Below are positions 40,849 through 51,125 of a DNA stretch of 64,000 bases, one piece after another. Positions within the stretch are counted from its first letter, which is position 1. The number at the start of each line of letters is the position of its first letter. The translations under genes were made by a program, and so were the position numbers. The stretch is from an uncultured delta proteobacterium (GTDB taxonomy: Bacteria > Desulfobacterota > Binatia > UBA9968). Where the stretch lies: NCBI GenBank assembly GCA_963771465.1, contig CAVYTU010000014.1:832001-896000 (forward strand), written 5' to 3'. A model generated the notes under the pieces. It was given only the letters and a program-made list of their open reading frames with translations, did not search any database and was not told the origin of the DNA.

Positions 40849-41823
40849 TTACGTTTTTGCGTAGACCTGACTGTCAACGTCCGTATCTGCGGGCCAGGGC
40901 GACGACAAGGAAAACTCCGCGGCTTTATCCGCCAGTGCGCGCGCCTCGCTTTCAATGGTTTCCAATTGCGCGTCAGTGATCGCTTTCTTGCTTTTCAACA
41001 TGCGGGCGACCCGGGCGATGGGATCTTTTTTCTTCCATTCGGCGAGCTGCGACAACTCGCGGTATTTCGCCGGGTCGCCTTCGTAGTGGCCGCGCATGCG
41101 GTGGGTTAGACATTCCACAAAAACCGGGCCTTTGCCGGCGCGGCATTTTTCCACGGCCTTAGTCATGGCGTCGCGCACGGCGAACAGATCGTTGCCGTCA
41201 ACCGTGCTGGCGGGCATGCCATAGGTCTTCGCATGCTGCGCGAGTCTTTCAATCTTGGTGTGAGCCGACAGCGGCGTGAACTCGGCGTAGCCGTTGTTCT
41301 CGCAAATGAAAATTACCGGCAGGCGCCAAAGGCTCGCGATGTTAAGTGACTCGTGAAACGGCCCGACTTGGCCGGCGCCGTCGCCGAAGAACACTACGGC
41401 AAGCTGGCCTTTCTTTCTCTCCTTGGCAGCGAACGCGGCGCCGAGAGCAAGCGGGATGGTGCCGCCGACGACGCCTGTGGCGGTGATGAAGCCGCACTCT
41501 TTGGCGACGATATGCATTGACCCGCCCTTGCCGCCGCAATAGCCGGTGGCGCGGCCGGCGATCTCGGCCATTAACTTATTCACGTCCGCGCCTTTGGCGA
41601 TGGCATGACCGTGGGAGCGATGACCGCCGTAGACGTAGTCATCGTCGCGCAGCAAACTTAGCGCTCCAACCGCCACCGCTTCCTGGCCGATGCCGAGATG
41701 GAGAAGGCCGACGATCTGCCGTTCGGCATAGAGCGCTGAGACTTTTTCCTCGAAGGCCCGGATGAGCCACATACGGCGCAAGAGATCGATGATGACCTTG
41801 GAAGTTTCTTTTTTGGTGGCCAT
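40849..41823 (-). CDS. E1 alpha subunit (canonical)
   Basis: GQEA, HRSHGH, GKGGSMH, GDGA...CENN, RMRGH, DP. Confidence 0.93.
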   Translation of the reverse strand: MATKKETSKVIIDLLRRMWLIRAFEEKVSALYAERQIVGLLHLGIGQEAVAVGALSLLRDDDYVYGGHRSHGHAIAKGADVNKLMAEIAGRATGYCGGKGGSMHIVAKECGFITATGVVGGTIPLALGAAFAAKERKKGQLAVVFFGDGAGQVGPFHESLNIASLWRLPVIFICENNGYAEFTPLSAHTKIERLAQHAKTYGMPASTVDGNDLFAVRDAMTKAVEKCRAGKGPVFVECLTHRMRGHYEGDPAKYRELSQLAEWKKKDPIARVARMLKSKKAITDAQLETIESEARALADKAAEFSLSSPWPADTDVDSQVYAKT

Positions 41824-41895
41824 GAACGTGAGCAAATTGCGCCGCGGATGGTATCGGATAAACCCGAACTCAAAACTCGAAACCAGAAAATTTCT

Positions 41896-42867
41896 TTAAG
41901 CTACCGCCGCCCGTATGGCATCCATGATGCGCGACTCGGACGGACCGATATGCGCTTCCAGCGGTGGGCTGTAGGGCACCGGCACATCGAGCGTCGAGAC
42001 GCGGCGGATGCGCGTCTTGAGTTTGTCGAAGCCGGATTCGGCGATACGCGCGGCGATCTCGGCGGCAACGCCGCAGCTTTGATGCGTCTCGTCGGCGATC
42101 ACGACGCGGTGGGTTTTTTCAACCGAAGAAAGAATCGCAGCGAGGTCGAACGGCACGAGCGTGCGCGGATCGACGACTTCGACTTCGATGCCTTCCTTGG
42201 CGAGCTTGGCGGCGGCCTGAAGAGCGACCTGCACCGTGTAGGAAGTTGCAATCAGCGTAACGTCGCTACCAGGACGCTTGATGTCGGCGACACCGAACGG
42301 AATCGGTTTATCGTTCTCGGGAACCTCGCCGCGGATATCGAGCAGTCTGGTGTGATCGACAAAGATCGTCGGGTTGTCACTGGCGACGGCGGTTTTGAGC
42401 AGACCTTTGACGTCGCGCGGCGACGACGGAATGACGATCTCCAATCCCGGAACGTTCCACAGCATCGCTTGCGGACTGCCGGAGTGCTGCGCCGCACCGC
42501 CGCCGCGCAAGCCATGAAACAGATGAAACACAACCGGCACACGGGTCTGGCCGCCGGACATTGAGAACGCATTGGCAGCTTCGTTGGCGACCTGCGGCCA
42601 AGCTTCATAAATAAAACTGCCTGTGCTCAGATCGACGATCGGTCTGAGCCCGGCCATCGCCGCGCCGGTGGCGAGACCGCAAAAGCCCAGCTCGGAGATC
42701 GGCGGCGCGATCATACGCTCGCGGAATTTCTTTTGCAGGTTTTGATAAATGTGGCGGTGCGGACTGAGGCTTAGAAACGTGCCGTTGATCAAATGGACGC
42801 GCTCGTCGGCCGTCATGATTTCGTCGAGCGCCTCGAACTTAGCTTCGTAGTATGCGAGTTCTCTCAT
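41896..42867 (-). CDS. E1 beta subunit (divergent)
   Basis: PISE, AQHS, DVKGLL, DPRT retained; GED and FxDF motifs absent. Confidence 0.88.
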   Translation of the reverse strand: MRELAYYEAKFEALDEIMTADERVHLINGTFLSLSPHRHIYQNLQKKFRERMIAPPISELGFCGLATGAAMAGLRPIVDLSTGSFIYEAWPQVANEAANAFSMSGGQTRVPVVFHLFHGLRGGGAAQHSGSPQAMLWNVPGLEIVIPSSPRDVKGLLKTAVASDNPTIFVDHTRLLDIRGEVPENDKPIPFGVADIKRPGSDVTLIATSYTVQVALQAAAKLAKEGIEVEVVDPRTLVPFDLAAILSSVEKTHRVVIADETHQSCGVAAEIAARIAESGFDKLKTRIRRVSTLDVPVPYSPPLEAHIGPSESRIMDAIRAAVA

Positions 42868-42876
42868 GGTCGATTC

Positions 42877-43896
42877 TTAGGCGAAGAAGCCTCGCTCGGC
42901 TTCTTCCGCTTTCGGAAACGGGCTGTTGACGGCAAACTCGACGGCTGCGGCGATGTCCGTTTTAACCGCGCGCTCGATGGTGGCGACCTCGTCGCGCGAA
43001 GCTTGACTTGCCTGCACCAACTCTCGAATGTACACCAGCAACGGATCGGCGCTGTGATACCACTCGCGGGCTTTCTCCGGCACGGCGCTGACGTCCCACG
43101 CCAGCGCTGTGTCGGTTGGCACCGGTATGGTGGGCCAATTGGTTTCGCTGCCGGGATAGCGAACCGTTTGAGCTTCGACGAACTGCGGCCCGCCGCCGGC
43201 GCGGATTTTTTCCACAGCCGCGGAAATCGTCGCGTGCACCAGGCCGGCATCGATGCCGTCAATCTGCTGCGCCGGAATTTTGTAGGCTTTTGGCAGATCG
43301 GTCAACGGATAAGCGGCCATCGAGCTTGACTGCGCCGCGGCGACCGCGCGCCCAGTGCCGTACTTACCGTTGTTCTCGCAGAGAAACAGCACCGGCAATT
43401 TTAACAGCGAGGCGAGATTGAACGCCTCGGGCGCCGCGCCTTCTTCGAGGGAGCCGTCACCGAACAGGCAAACCGTGATGCGGCCGTTTTTTTGCGCCTT
43501 GGCCGCGTAGGCTGTGCCGGTCGAGAGCGGAATGATGCCGGCGACGACGCCGGAGCTGTGCAGAAATCCTAGCGACGGCGCGACGGAATGAAATGAACCG
43601 CCCTTGCCTTTATTCAAGCCGTCGAGGCGGCCGAGGATTTCCGCAAACAGCCGCTTGGGCTCGGCGCCGCGGGCGAGTAGGTGGCCATGGTTTCTGTGGG
43701 TCGTGAAGAGATAATCGTCGGCGCGCAGACAAGCGAGCGCCGGCACGCCGGTTGCCTCTTGGCCCACGTAGAGATGATAGTGGCCGCCGAAAACACCTTT
43801 GTCGTGCAGCGTCACCAGACTTTCCTCAAAATGGCGAATGACGAACATGCGCCGGCACAGTTCCAACAAATTTTCCCGTGGCAAATTAGGCAACAT
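42877..43896 (-). CDS. E1 alpha subunit (divergent)
   Basis: GQEA, THRNHGH, GKGGSFH, GDG...CENN; RYPGS replaces RxxGH. Confidence 0.88.
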   Translation of the reverse strand: MLPNLPRENLLELCRRMFVIRHFEESLVTLHDKGVFGGHYHLYVGQEATGVPALACLRADDYLFTTHRNHGHLLARGAEPKRLFAEILGRLDGLNKGKGGSFHSVAPSLGFLHSSGVVAGIIPLSTGTAYAAKAQKNGRITVCLFGDGSLEEGAAPEAFNLASLLKLPVLFLCENNGKYGTGRAVAAAQSSSMAAYPLTDLPKAYKIPAQQIDGIDAGLVHATISAAVEKIRAGGGPQFVEAQTVRYPGSETNWPTIPVPTDTALAWDVSAVPEKAREWYHSADPLLVYIRELVQASQASRDEVATIERAVKTDIAAAVEFAVNSPFPKAEEAERGFFA

Positions 43897-44016
43897 GATG
43901 GCTCTGGCTTATTTCAATTTAACTGCGTTTGTCAACGCTGAGCCGGCGCATTGACATTGCGCGTGCCGCTCGACTAAATGCCGGGAAGAGAGTGCTCGTG
44001 ACGGAGGTTTTTCGCC

Positions 44017-45015
44017 ATGAACAGAGAACGGTTTTGGCTGGCGCTCGTGTTGACGACAAACTTATTGCTGCCGTCGATTCTTTTCGCCCAAGCAGGCGCA
44101 CTCAAGAAAGTTCAGGTCGGCGTGCCGGCCATCAGCATGGGCAATATCGTCATTTACTTCACCAAGGAAGCAAAAATCTTTGAGAAGCACGGTCTCGATG
44201 TCGAACCGGTGGCGGTGGCCGGCTCAGGCATCGCTTCCAAAGCGCTGATTTCAGGGAGCGTACAAATCTCGCCCATTGCAACGCCGACGGTGATGAGCTC
44301 GGTGCTCGCGGGCTCCGACATGGTGATCCTCGCGCACACCATGCCGGGCGTCATTCAATACTTGATGGCGCGCTCGGACATCAAGCGCACCGAAGACATC
44401 AAGGGCAAGACCATCGGCGTGACGACCTTCGGCTCGCTCACTGATTTCCTGGTCAAGCATCTGGCCAAACAAAAAGGACTCAACCCGGACAAAGACTTCG
44501 CCATGCTCCAAATCGGTTCCGACAGCGATCGCTTCATCTCCATGCAGCAGGGCAGAATACCCATGGCTACGCTCTCCCATCCGAACTATATCTTCGCGCA
44601 ACGGGCGGGGTTCCATGTGCTGTGGGATTTTTTCAAGGAAGTCGATTACCCTTGGAGCGAGATCGCGACCACGCGCACGCAGATCAAACAAGATAGAGAC
44701 TTGGTGATGCGCTACATGCGCGCCCATGTCGAAGGGATCGCTCGTTTCAAGCAGGAACCGGAATTGGGTAAACGAGTGATCAAGAAAATGCTGCGCTTGA
44801 ACGACGATGCGATGGCGCAGGAATCATGGGAACTCTTTTCCAAGCACCGCTTGGCGGCGCCGTATCCAAACATCAAAGGCATGAAGACGAGTTACGAATA
44901 TGTCGCGGCGACCCGGCCAGACGTCTACAAACACAAGCCCGAAGAGTTCATCGACGCGAGTTTCGTCGAAGAGCTCGACAAGAGCGGGTTTATTAAAAAG
45001 CTTTACGAAAAGTAA
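44017..45015 (+). CDS. ABC substrate-binding protein (NMT1/SsuA-like)
   Basis: Signal peptide, FEKHGLDVE, IKGKTIGV, GSLTD; GGAGG RBS; TTGACA at 43951. Confidence 0.9.
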   Translation: MNRERFWLALVLTTNLLLPSILFAQAGALKKVQVGVPAISMGNIVIYFTKEAKIFEKHGLDVEPVAVAGSGIASKALISGSVQISPIATPTVMSSVLAGSDMVILAHTMPGVIQYLMARSDIKRTEDIKGKTIGVTTFGSLTDFLVKHLAKQKGLNPDKDFAMLQIGSDSDRFISMQQGRIPMATLSHPNYIFAQRAGFHVLWDFFKEVDYPWSEIATTRTQIKQDRDLVMRYMRAHVEGIARFKQEPELGKRVIKKMLRLNDDAMAQESWELFSKHRLAAPYPNIKGMKTSYEYVAATRPDVYKHKPEEFIDASFVEELDKSGFIKKLYEK

Positions 45016-45024
45016 TCAGAGAAG

Positions 45025-45954
45025 ATGAAAGTCCGCATCGGGATACAACTCGGGCAGTGGCCGAGTCGCGACATCCAGCCCGAAGCGGTGTTCGATCTGA
45101 TTGACTTCTTCGAAGCGCTCGATGTCGATTCGATCTGGGTGAGCGACCGGTTGGTTTCGACGGCGCTGACCCTCGAACCTGTGACATTCCTTTCCTACAT
45201 TGCCGGAAGACTGCGCAAGATGAAGTTCGGCACCAGCACGTTGGTTTTGCCGACGCGCAATCCCGTCGTGCTCGCTAAAGAACTTGCGACTCTCGATTTT
45301 CTTTCGCAAGGGCGTTTTTTTCCGGCCATCGGTCTCGGTGGGGAGGAGTCGAGAGATTTACAGGCGGTCGGCGTAAACAAAAAGGAACGCGCCGGCCGCA
45401 CCGACGAGATGATCGTGCTCATGCGCCGGCTTTGGACCGAAGAAAATGTGACATTCACTGGAAAATATTTTTCTGTCGACGATGCGACGGTCACGCCGCG
45501 GCCGTGGCAGAAAAACGGCCCGCCGATTTGGATCGGTGGAAGAAGTGAAGCTGCGCTCCGGCGAACTGGACGACTGGGCGATGGCTGGTTGGTGTCGTCG
45601 GTGTCGCCGGCTGAAGTCGAAGCCGGGATTAAAACCATCCGCCGCTATGCGGCGGAAGCGAACCGAGAAGTTCCCGATGATCACTACGGTGTGCTGATTC
45701 CGTTTTATTTTGCCGACAATGCTGACAAAGCTTTCGACATTGGCGGGCGCTCAATCCGTCCGCGCGCAGATTTATCGATGACCGACTTCACGGCCTTCGG
45801 CACAGCAGACAACGTACGCGCCAAAGTCCAGGCTTACATCGCCGCCGGTGCGACCAAGTTCATCATGCGCCCCTGCGGCCCGTTTGCCGGGTGGCGGGAG
45901 CAAGTGGGAATCTTGGCGAAGGAAGTGATCGGGCCGCTGCAAACGTCCAGCTGA
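45025..45954 (+). CDS. Luciferase-like (LLM) flavin-dependent oxidoreductase
   Basis: DSIWVSD, LPTRNPVVLAKELATLD.LSQGR, PPIWIGG, GDGW. Confidence 0.92.
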   Translation: MKVRIGIQLGQWPSRDIQPEAVFDLIDFFEALDVDSIWVSDRLVSTALTLEPVTFLSYIAGRLRKMKFGTSTLVLPTRNPVVLAKELATLDFLSQGRFFPAIGLGGEESRDLQAVGVNKKERAGRTDEMIVLMRRLWTEENVTFTGKYFSVDDATVTPRPWQKNGPPIWIGGRSEAALRRTGRLGDGWLVSSVSPAEVEAGIKTIRRYAAEANREVPDDHYGVLIPFYFADNADKAFDIGGRSIRPRADLSMTDFTAFGTADNVRAKVQAYIAAGATKFIMRPCGPFAGWREQVGILAKEVIGPLQTSS

Positions 45955-45969
45955 TTAAATACAATCACT

Positions 45970-46968
45970 TCAAAAACCAGCCGGATCATTTACCAACACC
46001 GCCGCTCCCTGAATCGTTCCCGTAAGCAATCGATGCAACGCTTCGTTAGCGTCTTCTAACGGAAAGGATTCCACTTGTGTTCGCACGGGCACTTTTGGCG
46101 CGAGCGCCATGAATTCTTCGGCGTCGCGGCGAGTGAGATTGGCGACGGAGCAGATCGAGCGTTCCTGCCAGAGAATTGAGTACGGGAAAGAAGGGATATC
46201 GCTCATATGGATGCCGCCGCAGACGACCGTGCCGCCTTTGCCGACGGCTTTCAGAGCTTGCGGAACTAACTCGCCCGCCGGCGCGAAGATGATTGCCGCA
46301 TCGAGCTTTACCGGTGGCGATTGGTTCGAACCGCCGGCCCAAGCCGCGCCGAGACTCATGGCGAAGTTTTTTGCGTCCGTATCATCTGTTCGCGTGAATG
46401 CGTAGATTTCTCGCCGTTGGTATTTCGCCACCTGGGCGATGATGTGGGCGGCGGCGCCGAAGCCATAGATGCCGAGCCGTTTGCCGTTGCCGGCTTTGAC
46501 TAAGCTTCGGTAGCCGATCAAGCCGGCGCACAGGAGCGGTGCGGCTTCCGCGTCGCTGTAAGAGTCGGAAATTGGAAAACAGAATCGCTGATCGGCAACC
46601 GCATACTGCGCATAGCCGCCGTCGAGCGTGTAGCCTGTGAATTTCGCATCGTCGCAAAGATTTTCTTGGCCGTTCTTACAATACGCGCATTCGTCGCACG
46701 TCCATCCGAGCCATGGTATGCCGATGCGGTCGCCGATCTTAAAGCGCGTGATTGCTTCGCCTAGCTCCGCTACGACACCGATGATTTCATGACCGAGGAT
46801 CAGCGGCAGTTTTGCTTGTGTCAACTCACCGTCGACGATGTGCAGATCGGTGCGGCAGACGGCGCAAGCGTGAACGCGGATTAAGAGTTGTCCTGGCCCG
46901 GGCTTCGGTGTTGGCACGTTGGCTGCCCGCAGCGCCTTACCGGGAGTATCGAGAACCATTGCCCGCAT
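45970..46968 (-). CDS. Zn-dependent alcohol dehydrogenase (AdhP-like)
   Basis: CAVCRTDLH, GHE, CxxCxxCx7C, APLLCAGLIG, GIYGFGAAAH. Confidence 0.93.
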   Translation of the reverse strand: MRAMVLDTPGKALRAANVPTPKPGPGQLLIRVHACAVCRTDLHIVDGELTQAKLPLILGHEIIGVVAELGEAITRFKIGDRIGIPWLGWTCDECAYCKNGQENLCDDAKFTGYTLDGGYAQYAVADQRFCFPISDSYSDAEAAPLLCAGLIGYRSLVKAGNGKRLGIYGFGAAAHIIAQVAKYQRREIYAFTRTDDTDAKNFAMSLGAAWAGGSNQSPPVKLDAAIIFAPAGELVPQALKAVGKGGTVVCGGIHMSDIPSFPYSILWQERSICSVANLTRRDAEEFMALAPKVPVRTQVESFPLEDANEALHRLLTGTIQGAAVLVNDPAGF

Positions 46969-47212
46969 AATCTAATTCACTTCTATCCAAACCGTCAAAA
47001 GTGAAATTGGCCATCGTATCTGCAAGTATGACGGCCTCGACTTGAGAATCGATTTTCATAGTCGACTTTTCCAAGCGTCCAACACTTAACGTATACACCC
47101 ACGAGAAGCATTGATAGGCAAAAGACTCTGGCACGAATATCATTATCTCGGCGATGACACTGAGCCGACGTGCAAGGAGGCGGATTTCAAAGACTGATTA
47201 GCAACGCCGCTA

Positions 47213-47521
47213 CTAATCCAAGTCAATGTCTTTAAGCGGTTTTTCGAGCGGTTCTTCCTTGGCTTTCTTGAATAGTTCTTGGAACTTGGCTTCGAGGACT
47301 TTGGATTTATTTTTTTCTGCTTCGGCGAGCTGTTTGTATTTCTCGTCGCGGCGGCCGGCTTCTCCCTTGACCTGATTCAGGGCGTCTTGCATGTTCACTA
47401 CCACTTGCGGCTTGACCGGCATTTTGTGGTCTAAGACGACGGCAAGCGTCGGATCGATGGTCAGCATGGCGTCGCAGCAAGGACAGGCGACATGGATGGG
47501 TTTGGTTTCGTTTATGGACAT
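47213..47521 (-). CDS. Hypothetical protein with CPCC motif and coiled coil
   Basis: VACPCC...IDP, charged helix, C-terminal DIDLD; AGGAG RBS. Confidence 0.75.
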   Translation of the reverse strand: MSINETKPIHVACPCCDAMLTIDPTLAVVLDHKMPVKPQVVVNMQDALNQVKGEAGRRDEKYKQLAEAEKNKSKVLEAKFQELFKKAKEEPLEKPLKDIDLD

Positions 47522-47571
47522 ATATGAAGCTCCTCGCCATGAGGCGCGAGTTTCCTCGTGCCTCGTGTTTT

Positions 47572-47940
47572 TTATCCCCTCAACTCAATCTGCTCGCCGT
47601 CCGGGCCGCCAAAGACGACGCGGCGCCAGCCGTTTTCTCTCGGCTCGCGGGCGGCGGTGTCGTGCGGCGCGCGCACCAACTTCACGCCGTCTTTCTGAAG
47701 CTTTTCCACGGTGGCGTCGAAGCCGTCGGTCTCCAGGCAAAAATGAAATCCCTGCATGGCGCCGTCGGTGTGGTGAGTCAATTCTAGCACGGTATCGCCC
47801 AACTTGAGATAGGCGATCTGCAAGCCGCTGCCGGCGGCGTGCTGGAAATAATGCTTGAAACCGAAATGGCGCTCATAAAACTGCACCGAGCGGTCCAGAT
47901 CCGAGACATGTAGGGCGACGTGATCGATGCGCTTGAACAT
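47572..47940 (-). CDS. VOC/glyoxalase family protein
   Basis: IDHVALHVSDLDRSVQFY, HFCL, PDGEQIEL; AAGGAG RBS. Confidence 0.92.
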   Translation of the reverse strand: MFKRIDHVALHVSDLDRSVQFYERHFGFKHYFQHAAGSGLQIAYLKLGDTVLELTHHTDGAMQGFHFCLETDGFDATVEKLQKDGVKLVRAPHDTAAREPRENGWRRVVFGGPDGEQIELRG

Positions 47941-48056
47941 GACTTGCTCCTTGACGAGAAGCATAGGCTTTCGGCCGGTGCCTTTGCAAGTTGATTAAAC
48001 GAACGTGAAAATTTCCCACGGGCGAGTTAGAATGGCATCGCTAGTTGGGTTGACCG

Positions 48057-48746
48057 ATGCCGATCTTTCGCCTTATCGACGATATGGTTTTTCCGCCGCC
48101 GGATTATGCCGATGCTAGCGGTCTGATCGCCGTCGGCGGTGATCTCTCCAGCGATCGGCTCTTGGAAGCCTATCGGGTCGGCATCTTTCCATGGTATTCG
48201 GAAGATCAGCCGCTGCTCTGGTGGTCGCCCGATCCTCGTTTGGTCCTGCATCTCGACAAATTCAAAATTGGCCGAAGCCTGCGAAAGACGCTGAAGAAGG
48301 ACATCTTCAAAGTCACTTTCGACCGAGTCTTCGAGGAGGTTATAGCAGCCTGCGCGGCCGTGCCGCGAGACGGTCAACAGGGCACCTGGATCACCAAGGA
48401 AATGCAGGAGGCGTACATCAACTTGCATGGCTTGGGTTATGCGCACTCGGTCGAAACCTGGTTCGAGGGTAAGCTGGTAGGCGGGCTGTACGGTGTGTCC
48501 TTAGGCAAGGCATTCTTCGGCGAGTCGATGTTTCACCACAAGACTGACGCCTCGAAGGTTGCGTTGGCGACGTTGGTGGAGCGGCTCAACGCTTGGGGCT
48601 TTCGCTTTATCGACGCGCAGATGACCACGGAGCATTTACTTAGCCTCGGCGCCATCGAACTTTCCCGGCGAATATTTTTAAAGCAGCTTCAGTCCGCGCT
48701 ACGCCATCCGACCAAGCGCGGTAAGTGGCGCATCGATCAATTGTGA
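48057..48746 (+). CDS. aat: Leucyl/phenylalanyl-tRNA-protein transferase
   Basis: GGDL, AY..GIFPW, WWSPDPR, TWI, AHSVE, GGLYGV, GESMF, DASKVAL. Confidence 0.96.
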   Translation: MPIFRLIDDMVFPPPDYADASGLIAVGGDLSSDRLLEAYRVGIFPWYSEDQPLLWWSPDPRLVLHLDKFKIGRSLRKTLKKDIFKVTFDRVFEEVIAACAAVPRDGQQGTWITKEMQEAYINLHGLGYAHSVETWFEGKLVGGLYGVSLGKAFFGESMFHHKTDASKVALATLVERLNAWGFRFIDAQMTTEHLLSLGAIELSRRIFLKQLQSALRHPTKRGKWRIDQL

Positions 48747-48787
48747 ATTAACCCGGCCGCAGATCGATTGCTTTTCAAACCCCGCGA

Positions 48788-49309
48788 TTACTCCGCGTCT
48801 CGTAGCAGGGTTTCGATGGATTTCGCCGAGGGAAACTCGATGATCAACAGGATCAGGCTCAGCAGCGAAAGCAGAATCTGATCGGCAACGAAGCGGCCGA
48901 GGAATGCCAAGACAAAACCGTAGACCGCGATGGCTTCGATGATCGCGTAAAGCACGACTTTGCGCGTCACCAACGTCGAGACGATAAATGCGGCATTCTC
49001 TTCGGCGCCGCCTTGGAATTCTTCTAGAGCGCGAAACAGCTTGGATTTGCGGGCGTCGCGCTTGATCGCCGCGGCACTGAGATTTCGATCGCGCCAATAA
49101 AAATAGTAGCCGAGATCGATGAGCGTCAGCAGCCAGAAAATAATTCGCGCCGGCTCGGCGATAGCGGGATTGGTGCCGACGTTGGGATTCGCCAGCACGT
49201 AACTCGCGATGACGTTATAGATCGGAATTGAGATCACGAAGAAGCTCCACAGGATCACCGCCGCGCCGCGCTGGTCGAGTAGGATTTTTTTAAATTCAGG
49301 TCGAATCAT
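48788..49309 (-). CDS. Hypothetical membrane protein (about 4 TM)
   Basis: Hydrophobic segments; GGAGG RBS. Confidence 0.7.
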   Translation of the reverse strand: MIRPEFKKILLDQRGAAVILWSFFVISIPIYNVIASYVLANPNVGTNPAIAEPARIIFWLLTLIDLGYYFYWRDRNLSAAAIKRDARKSKLFRALEEFQGGAEENAAFIVSTLVTRKVVLYAIIEAIAVYGFVLAFLGRFVADQILLSLLSLILLIIEFPSAKSIETLLRDAE

Positions 49310-49456
49310 CGGTCCTCCCGAACCGGCAAATTAACACACCCCATCATGATCTGTCTCGCGTATTCGCGGCTTACTGAACTGCGCCGCCGCGGATTCCTTG
49401 TCGGGTGTGGGCCGTGGTGATATAGCGACGAAGAGTAGTCAAAACAGGAGTGAAAC

Positions 49457-51049
49457 ATGGCTGAGTTCGATATCGTGATCCACGGCGGCAGGGTGATCGA
49501 CGGCACCGGCAATCCCTGGTTTTACGGCGACGTTGGGATCAAAGACGGCAAGATTGTCAGCATCGGCAAGATCAATCCCGACGCCGGCAAGCGCGCCATC
49601 GCGGCGAAAGGTCACGTCGTCACACCCGGTTACATCGACATGCACACTCATAGTGACCAGCCGCTCGTCGCTGACGGCAACGCCGAGAGCAAAGTGCGCC
49701 AAGGTGTCACGCTCGACATCATCGGCGAAAGCCAGACCGTGGCGCCGCTGGAAGGCGCGATTCTTGAAGAGTACCGCGCCGAGCATCGCAAGCGTAACGG
49801 CATTGAAACCGATTGGTCGACGTTCACCGGCTACTTCAAGACGGTCATGCGCGGCGGGATTTCGATCAACGTCGCTTCCGGCGTGTCACCGCAGCAAGTC
49901 AAGCGTGTGGTGTGCGGTTTCGAAGAGCGACCGGCCAATTCCAATGAGCAAGAAAAAATGAATCGGTTGGTGGCGCAGGCGATGGAAGAGGGCGCCCTCG
50001 GCCTCACCGCTGCGTGGCATGCCAAGGGGCCGGAGAATCCCGAAGAAGTAGTCGAGATGGCGAAAGTCGCCAAGCGCTACGGCGGATATTACGGCGTGCA
50101 TGTCGGCAGCGAAGGTTTCGACATGATGGAAGAGCTGGCGAAGATGCTCCGGGTCGCGCGCGGCTCGAGGATTCCCGTCCACGTCTATCATTTGAAGATG
50201 CGCGCCAAGGCCAACTGGGGCAGGATTCGCCAGGTCATCGAACAGCTCGAAGAGGCGCGCCGCGAAGGTTTGGAGATCACTGCCAATCAGTATCCTTACA
50301 CCGCCATGCAGCATCCCTGGCGCCGGCTGTTTCCGCGCTGGGTGCAGGACGCGCCGGTGAACGAGACCATTGCGCAATTCAAAAATCCGGATTTCCGCGA
50401 GCGCGTGATCAAAGACAAGGAGTTCAACCAGTACGTCGACGAGCACGGCGGCTGGGAAGGAATCGTTGCGGCGCGGCTGGATACGGAGTCTTTAAAGCAG
50501 TACGAAGGCATGCCGATCGCCGAGATCGCACGGATGCGCGAGCGGGATCCGGTCAGCACAGTCTTTGATCTGATCTACGAAGAAGGCAGCTTCATCCACG
50601 GCGTGCACCACACGATGAACGAAGACGACGTGAAGGCGGTGATGCGCGTGCCGTGGGTATCGATCGGCTCCGACGGCAGCGCGCTCAATCAAAAATATCC
50701 TGGCAAACCGCACCCGCGCAGCTTCGGCACCAATCCGAGAGTACTCGGCAAATACACCCGCGAGGAAAAAGTTCTCACTTTGGAAGACGCCGTGCGCAAA
50801 ATGACTTCTATGCCAGCGCAAGTACTCGGGCTCAAGGATCGCGGTTTATTGCGCGAGGGTTTTTGCGGCGATGTCGTTATTCTCGATCCCGACACCGTAG
50901 CCGACACGGCGACCTACGATGATCCCAAACAGTATCCCAAGGGAATTCCCTACGTCCTGGTAAACGGCACGGTGGTCATAGATAATGGCCAGCATACCGG
51001 GGCGCGGCCGGGGAAAGTCGTTTATGGGCCGGGGTATGTGGGAAAGTAA
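49457..51049 (+). CDS. D-aminoacylase (N-acyl-D-amino-acid deacylase)
   Basis: IDGTG, PGYIDMHTHSD, HLK, YPY, GSDG, PHPR.FG, KMT..PA. Confidence 0.93.
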   Translation: MAEFDIVIHGGRVIDGTGNPWFYGDVGIKDGKIVSIGKINPDAGKRAIAAKGHVVTPGYIDMHTHSDQPLVADGNAESKVRQGVTLDIIGESQTVAPLEGAILEEYRAEHRKRNGIETDWSTFTGYFKTVMRGGISINVASGVSPQQVKRVVCGFEERPANSNEQEKMNRLVAQAMEEGALGLTAAWHAKGPENPEEVVEMAKVAKRYGGYYGVHVGSEGFDMMEELAKMLRVARGSRIPVHVYHLKMRAKANWGRIRQVIEQLEEARREGLEITANQYPYTAMQHPWRRLFPRWVQDAPVNETIAQFKNPDFRERVIKDKEFNQYVDEHGGWEGIVAARLDTESLKQYEGMPIAEIARMRERDPVSTVFDLIYEEGSFIHGVHHTMNEDDVKAVMRVPWVSIGSDGSALNQKYPGKPHPRSFGTNPRVLGKYTREEKVLTLEDAVRKMTSMPAQVLGLKDRGLLREGFCGDVVILDPDTVADTATYDDPKQYPKGIPYVLVNGTVVIDNGQHTGARPGKVVYGPGYVGK

Positions 51050-51125
51050 AAATTAAAAAGACAAAGTAAAAAAGGGAAGCTCGACCGCCGTCAAACCAGA
51101 GACCAGAGATAGGATACGAATTATT

